From an uncultured Candidatus Saccharibacteria bacterium (GTDB lineage Bacteria > Patescibacteriota > Saccharimonadia > CAILAD01 > JADZBC01), in contig CAYTBW010000005.1 in NCBI GenBank assembly GCA_964436255.1, positions 6,374-70,373 of the forward strand: DNA of 64,000 nucleotides, written 5' to 3'. The position numbers and the translations under genes were made by a program. Positions 57,554 to 64,000 of the stretch are shown piece after piece. Each line of letters opens with the position of its first letter. Within the stretch, counting starts at the first letter, position 1. The notes beneath the pieces were generated by a model. That model did no database searches. It was not told where the DNA came from and saw nothing but the letters and a program-made list of their open reading frames with translations.

Positions 57554-58770
57554 GCAAGCAAGCCCCACAGCCAGTGATCAAGCCAAATGTATTGGCCCGC
57601 ATTGCAGTTAAGAACTTATTCTTCAAACGCCTACGCACAACCCTAACGATATTGGGCGTTGTAATCGGTATTGGCTCGATCGTGTTCTTGCTTTCACTTG
57701 GTTTTGGCCTGCAGAAGCTGGTTGCCAGTCAAGTGGTGGGCTCAAAGTCGATTAAAACGATAGATGTAAGTACGCCAAAGTCGAAAAGCGTGAAGATTGA
57801 CCGCGAGCGCGTGGCTGGATTTAAGGACTTGGCAGGCGTTGAGCAGGTTGCTCGAGTGTATTATTCATCTGGTAAGGCTAGCTTGGGCGAGTCCGAAACT
57901 GACGTAGTTGTTTATGGCGCCGATCAAGCTTATGTAGATTTAAGCTCACTCAAGAGTATTGCTGGTTCGACCGGCACCATGGAGAGCACTGACAGCGTGA
58001 TCGTGAACACATCTCTTCTAAAGGCGATTGGTTCTAAGGAGAACACCAAGGCAGTTGGCAAGGAAATTACTCTAAACGTCACGATCCCGGGTCAGAAGGA
58101 TGGCGAAGAGGATAGAGTGGTGAAGCGCACGCTCAAAGTGGGCGCGGTAGTTGAGACCGGCGCTGGTTCAGAGGTGTTCACACCAATTAACGTATTCGAG
58201 GAAGAGGGCCTTACGAGTGCTACTCAGGCAAAGATCCTCGTCGCTGACCGCGATCAGGTAAGCGTAGTTCGTAAGCAGGTCGAGAACCAAGGCTTCATAA
58301 CCGCTTCACCAATCGATACGATCGATCAGATTAACCAGATCTTTAACCTCCTTAACGTCGTGCTCGTTGGCTTTGGTGGTATCGGTATGGTAATCGCGAT
58401 CCTGGGCATGTTTAATACCCTAACTATTTCACTCCTGGAGCGCACCAAGGAGTTCGGCCTTATGATCTCGCTCGGTGCTCGTGCCAGGGATGTTAAGCGC
58501 TTGTTCGTAGCTGAAGCGCTAACCCTATCTATGCTTGGTGGCATCTTCGGCATCGTGGCTGCCGTAATCCTTGGCGCAGTTACGAATGCGGTCGTAAACG
58601 GCTTTGCTCGCGGACGGGGAGTGACCGATACCGTTAGCCTATTCGCAATCTCACCAACCCTTATGTTTGCCACTTTGCTGTTCGTGGCTGGCCTTGGCTT
58701 CTTGGTTGTACTGTACCCAGCACACAAGGCTGCCAACACTAACCCCGTTGATTCTATGCGCCGCGAATAG
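57550..58770 (+). CDS. ABC transporter permease, FtsX/MacB-like
   Basis: 406 aa; N-terminal TM, large extracytoplasmic domain, three C-terminal TMs; coupled to ATPase. Confidence 0.8.
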   Translation: MSKQAPQPVIKPNVLARIAVKNLFFKRLRTTLTILGVVIGIGSIVFLLSLGFGLQKLVASQVVGSKSIKTIDVSTPKSKSVKIDRERVAGFKDLAGVEQVARVYYSSGKASLGESETDVVVYGADQAYVDLSSLKSIAGSTGTMESTDSVIVNTSLLKAIGSKENTKAVGKEITLNVTIPGQKDGEEDRVVKRTLKVGAVVETGAGSEVFTPINVFEEEGLTSATQAKILVADRDQVSVVRKQVENQGFITASPIDTIDQINQIFNLLNVVLVGFGGIGMVIAILGMFNTLTISLLERTKEFGLMISLGARARDVKRLFVAEALTLSMLGGIFGIVAAVILGAVTNAVVNGFARGRGVTDTVSLFAISPTLMFATLLFVAGLGFLVVLYPAHKAANTNPVDSMRRE

Positions 58771-58831
58771 CGTGTAAATTTATTCGTATTTTGTTTGGTA
58801 TATAGCCCCAAAGTGGGCTATAATCTTTTGT

Positions 58832-60070
58832 ATGTTTGAAGATATGCTATCTGCTCAGAAGCCCCAGGAATATGCTGCAATGTACATCGACATGGATGCA
58901 TTCTTTGCCTCTGTGGCGCAACAGGAGCACCCTAGACTGCGTGGAAAGCCTGTAGGTGTTGTTCCTTGTCTCGGGAGTAATTGCTCGATTATAGCGGCCT
59001 CGTATGAGGCCAGGGCGTATGGTGTGGGGGTAGGGACTCGGATCCGCCGGGCGCAGGAGCTTTGCCCGACTATAGAGGTCGTGCGCGACGACCCCGCTGT
59101 CTATCGGCGCTACCACGAGCAGATTTTAGCAATTTTAGAAGCCACTATATGTCGTATCGGCGTGCGGGGGATAGACGAAGCTTACATGCTCGTACCCTCG
59201 TATGCGCGAAGGTATTATAACGTTTATGCTTTAGCAAAAGAAATTAAGAAGAGCATAAAAACCCAGGTTGGTGAACACATTTCGTGTTCAATTGGTATTG
59301 CGCCCAATATTTGGTTGGCCAAGATGGCAGCACAGAGTAATAAGCCGAATGGGGTTACGATTTTGACGCTTGAGAGCCTAGCCGAGTTCTATCGTGGCCT
59401 GCCCCTCGTAGCGTGTACGGGGATTGGCAGGCGAATGGCCAGGCGGCTTTATGATGTGGGCGTGTCGGATACGGCCGATTTGGCAGGTCGTTCACTTCCA
59501 TTCATGCGTGGCCACCTTGGTGTCATGGGGGAGAAGTGGTATTTGCGCTTGCGTGGTTTCGAAGTAGACGAAACACGGCGGAGCCGCGAGCGTAAGAACA
59601 TCAGCCACCAGGTAACCGTGCTGGGGGACCGTAAGTTGACTACAGCTCAGCGCCAGAAGTATGTGATTGCACTAGCGGCTCGTTTGTCGGCACGCTTGCG
59701 GCGCTATGGGCTTAAGGCACGTGGTATCGGCCTGTACGTTTCTTATGCCGATGGTGCAAGTGGGCACAGGGAATTCCCGCACACGAGGTGTTTGCAGGGC
59801 GAAGCGGAGATTGTTGCCTTATCACTCGAATTGCTAGAATCCATCGCTGCAGAGGGTCGAGAGGTGCGGCTGCTTGCGCTTTGGTTGAGTGGCTTAACGG
59901 CGGTGGAGCAGCAAAGCTTACAGCTTGAGGACGCGGAGAGTCTGCAGGATGCGGCCTTGAGCCGTGCGATTGACAAGCTTAACGCCAAGTTCGGCCCACA
60001 CACCGTTCAGCGGGCAGTAATAGCCAGTAAGGATTATGTACCGGACCGGATTGGCTTCGGGAATTCATGA
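58832..60070 (+). CDS. dinB: Y-family DNA polymerase (DinB/Pol IV-like)
   Basis: 412 aa; MYIDMDAFFASV catalytic motif, UmuC/DinB palm/fingers; GC visibly elevated. Confidence 0.8.
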   Translation: MFEDMLSAQKPQEYAAMYIDMDAFFASVAQQEHPRLRGKPVGVVPCLGSNCSIIAASYEARAYGVGVGTRIRRAQELCPTIEVVRDDPAVYRRYHEQILAILEATICRIGVRGIDEAYMLVPSYARRYYNVYALAKEIKKSIKTQVGEHISCSIGIAPNIWLAKMAAQSNKPNGVTILTLESLAEFYRGLPLVACTGIGRRMARRLYDVGVSDTADLAGRSLPFMRGHLGVMGEKWYLRLRGFEVDETRRSRERKNISHQVTVLGDRKLTTAQRQKYVIALAARLSARLRRYGLKARGIGLYVSYADGASGHREFPHTRCLQGEAEIVALSLELLESIAAEGREVRLLALWLSGLTAVEQQSLQLEDAESLQDAALSRAIDKLNAKFGPHTVQRAVIASKDYVPDRIGFGNS

Positions 60071-60141
60071 GTCTTTCATGACACTCATGCTTGCCGTGCG
60101 ATTTTCGTATCTGGTAATCTAGCCTAGAAGTAGGAGCACGC

Positions 60142-61707
60142 ATGACAGTACAGCTCGATCTTAGTAAAAAGATTACCCCAGCAAGTATGGGGCCTGTATT
60201 GTCGCCAAAAATAATCAAAAACGTTACGAATAAGTTCCAGGTGAAACACCAAAGTCCTGGACAGGGGCGTTTGGCCCTCTCGTTGTTCATTCAGGGCTTG
60301 GCGCCTTCGAAGGACGCGCTAAAGCAGGCTCTAAAGGGAGTCAGTTTCCCGCTCAATGTAGTCGCAGCCGAGTTGAGCACCGGTAGCACGATGCAGGATG
60401 AGGCACTGGCAGGGATCACGGAGCAGTGTCTGGGCACACTCGCGGAAGTTGGTCACGCAAAAGTAACTAGTCTACATATCGGTTTAGGCAAGATGTGCGT
60501 GTTGGCTCCCGACGGAATCCCGGTAGATAAGTTATGCGCCGAGGTGAAGAAGGTTGTTCGGTCGTTTGGTGCAGAAGTGAATATCGGCATCTGCGAAGAA
60601 GTAGCAAACGCGCGAGATCTACCGGTGGCGTATGGTCAATCATGCGAGGTGGCTCGGGTCGGTGAGCGCTTGTGGGGCAAACCTTACGCGTACCGTAAGG
60701 CTGACCTTGGCATCATCGGTGCGGTGGTAGACGAATGCGGTATGAAGGATCGTGCCGCGGCAGAGTCAGAAGCCATTTTAGCTTCACTGGCCAAGCCGAA
60801 AAACTTGTTACCCACACTAAAGCTGTTCTTTACTCACAACATGAGCCCTACGGAAGTTGCAAGGGCAGGTAGAATTCATCGCAATACGGTTATTTATAGG
60901 CTGGAGAAGATTAAGAATCAAACCGGGTTGGACCCTTTGGATTTCAATGATGCCTCTCAGTTATATCTGGCAATCGGCTTGACCGAGATCAATGAGCTAG
61001 GCGCGGTCTCATGCTGCTTGAGCACAAACGCATCGATAACCGAAAAAGTAGTGGCGGGCTTGTTCTGTAGTAGGGCCGACGTAAGCGACGATAAGATCCG
61101 AGAAGTTATGAGTAGCCTGGGCGTAACGTTGCCACAAGACTTTGCAATGTTCCTGCAGCGTAACGGCGGAGGTACCGCTATCGAGCCACAGGACTCAGTA
61201 ATCTTCTCGATGCCACTTGGTGATGATCTGGAATTCTCGATTCGGCCTATGCAAGGAAAGCGAGTTATTCAGGCTGCAGAAACGCTTGGCCAGCAGGGCA
61301 CGGTAGCGTATTTGAATAGCAGACGGGCCAAGGGGCACTTGAGCAAGGCTCTTCTGGTGCTCGTGCACGACCTGCGCCTAGGCGAGTCCAAATGGCCTAG
61401 TAGGCGCGTGATTGCCGAGGGGGCTGTGGGTGGCTTGCTCGCGCTGACAAACAGCAACAGGCTAAGAAGTTATGCTCGTGTTCGAGCTGGGGCTATCGTT
61501 GCCGAGATTCAGGCTAACAGGCAGCTAGAGAGAACTGCTACCGCGCTGCTTGATTCGTCTTTAAATCTCACGCTGGCGGCAAGCCGGCTCAAGGTGCACC
61601 GCAACACCCTGATTTACAGAGTCGGACGAATAAGGCAGGCAACGGGCTACGATCTTACGAGATTCGAAGATGCTCTGCAGATTCGCCTCGCACTCCTTAT
61701 GGCCTAA
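60142..61707 (+). CDS. PucR/CdaR-family regulator with internally duplicated C-terminal HTH
   Basis: 521 aa; two PucR-type HTH segments (GRIHRNTVIYRLEKIKNQTG and LKVHRNTLIYRVGRIRQATG). Confidence 0.6.
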   Translation: MTVQLDLSKKITPASMGPVLSPKIIKNVTNKFQVKHQSPGQGRLALSLFIQGLAPSKDALKQALKGVSFPLNVVAAELSTGSTMQDEALAGITEQCLGTLAEVGHAKVTSLHIGLGKMCVLAPDGIPVDKLCAEVKKVVRSFGAEVNIGICEEVANARDLPVAYGQSCEVARVGERLWGKPYAYRKADLGIIGAVVDECGMKDRAAAESEAILASLAKPKNLLPTLKLFFTHNMSPTEVARAGRIHRNTVIYRLEKIKNQTGLDPLDFNDASQLYLAIGLTEINELGAVSCCLSTNASITEKVVAGLFCSRADVSDDKIREVMSSLGVTLPQDFAMFLQRNGGGTAIEPQDSVIFSMPLGDDLEFSIRPMQGKRVIQAAETLGQQGTVAYLNSRRAKGHLSKALLVLVHDLRLGESKWPSRRVIAEGAVGGLLALTNSNRLRSYARVRAGAIVAEIQANRQLERTATALLDSSLNLTLAASRLKVHRNTLIYRVGRIRQATGYDLTRFEDALQIRLALLMA

Positions 61708-61772
61708 AGTTGACGGTAGGCGGGTTTTTAGCATAAAGTAGGGCATGGCTGCACCTCGGATGTAGCTTTTGT

Positions 61773-61849
61773 GGGCCCTTAGCTCAGTTGGCTAGAGCGC
61801 TTCCTTGACGTGGAAGAGGTCAGTGGTTCGAATCCTCTAGGGCCCACCA
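61773..61849 (+). tRNA. tRNA-Val (anticodon GAC)
   Basis: 77 nt; acceptor GGGCCCT/AGGGCCC, anticodon loop TTGACGT, T-loop GGTTCGAATCC, CCA. Confidence 0.8.
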
Positions 61850-61867
61850 GAAAAATGCAATTATTAT

Positions 61868-62494
61868 TTGGAGGTGAGGGTGTCAAAATTATCACAAACA
61901 GAAGCTCGCGCGTACCTCAAGGAGCATAACGTATTGAGGGAGAGTGGGCATTATGTTTACACCTCGGGCAAACATGGCGATACGTACCTGAACAAAGATG
62001 CCTTGCTACCGCACGTGGAGCTGGTAAGTGAGATATGCGAGCAAATAGCCAGCGAGTTTGTTGGGCAGGGCATTGATGCCGTTTTGGGCCCAGTGGCTGG
62101 CGGGGTGGTGTTGAGTCAGTGGGTGGCGCATCATTTGGGTAAGCTCGAAGGCCGCGAGGTGTTGGCCGTTTATGCCGATAAGCGCAAAACCGAAGGAGAG
62201 TTTATTATCCGGCGTGGTTACGATGAGATGATTCGCGGTAAGCGCATTCTGCTCGTTGACGATATTATCAACCAAGGCTCTTCCCTCAAGGGGCTGCAAC
62301 GTGAGGTTGCGCGGATAGGGTGCGAAATAGCTGGAGTGGGGTGTTTGTGTAATCGCTATGAATCAACTGCCGAGGACTTCGGAGTGCCAAAGCTGTACAG
62401 CTACATCGAATTCAAACTAAACATTTATGGGCCAGAGGACTGTCCCCTTTGCAAGGCCGGCATGCCTATGAGCAAAGGTCTGGGCCACGCTTGA
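61868..62494 (+). CDS. Type I phosphoribosyltransferase, PyrE-like
   Basis: 208 aa; PRPP-binding motif ILLVDDIINQGSSL; C-terminal CxxC pair. Confidence 0.6.
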   Translation: MEVRVSKLSQTEARAYLKEHNVLRESGHYVYTSGKHGDTYLNKDALLPHVELVSEICEQIASEFVGQGIDAVLGPVAGGVVLSQWVAHHLGKLEGREVLAVYADKRKTEGEFIIRRGYDEMIRGKRILLVDDIINQGSSLKGLQREVARIGCEIAGVGCLCNRYESTAEDFGVPKLYSYIEFKLNIYGPEDCPLCKAGMPMSKGLGHA

Positions 62495-62706
62495 ATTGTG
62501 CTAGGCTTTCGGCTATGCTTGGGCTAGATAAAGAGAGTGTTTGAGCTTAGTTACCACCTAGGCAAGCTCCGCGGCTGACGACGCGTTACAGGTCAGGGAA
62601 GAGTGATCCACCAAGGATAAGCCCGGTGGAACCCCCCAAGATCTTGGGGCCGGGCAGCATCATTTTGGTGGTTTTTGTATAATATTACAAAGTTAGGAGC
62701 ACATAT
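62491..62706 (+). promoter_or_regulatory. Promoter + T-box-like leader upstream of thrS
   Basis: TTGAAT-17-TATGCT promoter; AGAGAG motif; candidate Thr specifier ACC-A at 62553; GGTGGAACC (62625) matching T-box UGGN; long terminator helix CCACCAA...TTGGTGG + T5 (62605-62676). Confidence 0.45.
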
Positions 62707-64000
62707 ATGGCAGATCAGGCAAATATCGAAGCAATGAGGCATTCACTCGCGCACATCATGGCTGCGGCGGTGTTCAAATTGCAACCTGTCGCGCAGTTTG
62801 GCGTGTGGCCAGTGGTGGTGAATGGCTTTTATTACGACATTAAGCTAGCCGAAACACTCAGTAGCGATGATTTGGCCGGTATTGAGACTGAGATGGCAAA
62901 GATTATTGATGCCAAGCTCGACTTTGTGCGCGAAGAATGGCCAATTGACGAAGCGATTAGCTTTTTTAAGGACCACAACCAGCCTTTTAAGGTCGAGCTG
63001 CTGACAGATCTCAAGACGAAAGGCACAACTGCTGTAAAGGATTCTGGTGACGAAAACCTAGTCGGGGATAACGTTGCGTCAGTTACAACAGTTACGGTGT
63101 ATCGCACGGGTGACTTTGTGGACCTATGTCGAGGGCCACACGTAGAAAATACGTCTGAGGTCGGAGCGTTTAAGCTCACTAAGCTGGCCGGTGCATACTG
63201 GCGCGGCGATGAAAAGAATCCTCAAATGCAGCGTGTTTACGGAGTGGCGTTTGCTACTCAGGATGAGCTTGATCGCTACCTGGCTATGCTTGAAGAGGCC
63301 GAGAAGCGCGACCACCGCAAGATCGGTAAAGAGCTTAATCTGTTTGTGTTCTCAGATAAGGTCGGCTCTGGTTTGCCGCTCTTTACCCCCAAGGGAACAA
63401 TATTGCGCGAGCTTCTGAACGAATACTCACAAGCTCTGCGACTCGCACTTGGGTTCGAAAAGGTCTGGATTCCTCATGTAACCAAAAAGGAGCTTTACGA
63501 AACTTCAGGACATTGGGACAAGTTTGGCGATGAGCTATTTCTAGTAAAGAGTCAGGAAACGAGCGACGAGTTGGTACTAAAACCAATGAACTGTCCTCAC
63601 CACCAGCAAATTTACGCTTCACAGCCCCATAGTTATCGAGACTTACCTATTCGATACCTGGAAACAACTACGGTATACCGCGACGAAAAGAGTGGTGAGC
63701 TAGGTGGCCTGTCTAGAGTGCGCTCCATTACCCAGGACGATAGCCATATATTCTGTACGCCCGAGCAGATCGAAGGCGTGCTAAGTGAACTAACGACCAT
63801 TACCAAGGAGTTCTATGGTGCGTTGGGAATGAAGTTACGGGCCCGGCTGTCTAAACGGGATGAGTCTGATGCGTATCTGGGGGACAAGGCAACTTGGACG
63901 CAGGCTGAGTCGACGTTACGTAAAGTTTTAGAAGAAAGCGAACTGGAGTTTTATGAAGCAGAGGGTGAAGCGGCTTTTTATGGTCCCAAAATCGACTTTA
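62707..64000 (+). CDS. thrS: Threonine--tRNA ligase (N-terminal part, runs off window)
   Basis: Open to window end; ThrRS N-terminal TGS/editing-domain motifs (MRHSLAHIMAAAV..., RDHRKIGKELNLF, HQQIY). Confidence 0.9.
   Translation, partial: MADQANIEAMRHSLAHIMAAAVFKLQPVAQFGVWPVVVNGFYYDIKLAETLSSDDLAGIETEMAKIIDAKLDFVREEWPIDEAISFFKDHNQPFKVELLTDLKTKGTTAVKDSGDENLVGDNVASVTTVTVYRTGDFVDLCRGPHVENTSEVGAFKLTKLAGAYWRGDEKNPQMQRVYGVAFATQDELDRYLAMLEEAEKRDHRKIGKELNLFVFSDKVGSGLPLFTPKGTILRELLNEYSQALRLALGFEKVWIPHVTKKELYETSGHWDKFGDELFLVKSQETSDELVLKPMNCPHHQQIYASQPHSYRDLPIRYLETTTVYRDEKSGELGGLSRVRSITQDDSHIFCTPEQIEGVLSELTTITKEFYGALGMKLRARLSKRDESDAYLGDKATWTQAESTLRKVLEESELEFYEAEGEAAFYGPKIDF

Noticed and set aside
1-64000. 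CRISPR arrays, retron-like ncRNA/RT, or toxin-antitoxin pairs
   Set aside because: No short regularly spaced direct repeats, reverse transcriptase, or recognisable TA pair were seen. The only RHH protein is part of the recombinase module.

Overview
This window reads as a compact, roughly mid-GC bacterial chromosome segment with a CPR/Saccharibacteria-like gene repertoire (inference from gene content; nothing was computed). It contains recA-recX, rpsF-ssb-rpsR, efp and ychF. A complete type IV pilus locus follows (pilMNO, pilB, pilT, pilC, two pilins, pilD, four minor pilins), then xerC/D-like, mnmG and ndk. Further right are a GT2/GT4 glycosyltransferase pair, rplY and nrdR. Two very large paralogous FN3-repeat surface proteins (about 1489 and 1467 aa) sit just upstream of an FtsEX-like ABC pair. 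The right end carries dinB, a PucR-like regulator, a pyrE-like PRTase and thrS (partial). Five tRNAs are present (Arg-CCT, Asp-GTC, Gly-CCC, Thr-CGT, Val-GAC).

Two accessory regions stand out. The first is an AT-rich island (about 5.7-11.5 kb, possibly to 14.7 kb). It begins with a large serine recombinase whose 3' end overlaps the ychF start codon, followed by an excisionase-type HTH gene and a 55-aa RHH gene. Its cargo includes a BNR-repeat protein and a membrane-anchored trypsin-like protease.

The second is a conspicuously GC-rich mosaic in two blocks (about 29.6-35.5 kb and 37.4-41.2 kb). Both blocks abut the 3' ends of tRNA-Arg and tRNA-Asp, with partial tRNA-end duplications. Coding GC is high while intergenic DNA is AT-rich. 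The blocks are built from reused modules: near-identical consensus sigma70 promoter/RBS cassettes (one of them bidirectional), reused hairpin-terminator modules that carry compensatory base changes, and short junction repeats. These modules drive unrelated small membrane, secreted or acidic ORFs, including a four-gene ATGA-coupled mini-operon. The same mosaic also encodes PadR, NYN, wHTH-Nudix-like and Cys-rich proteins.

Candidate cis-RNAs are a T-box-like thrS leader, a possible attenuator with a 14-aa leader peptide, and two long structured intergenic regions.
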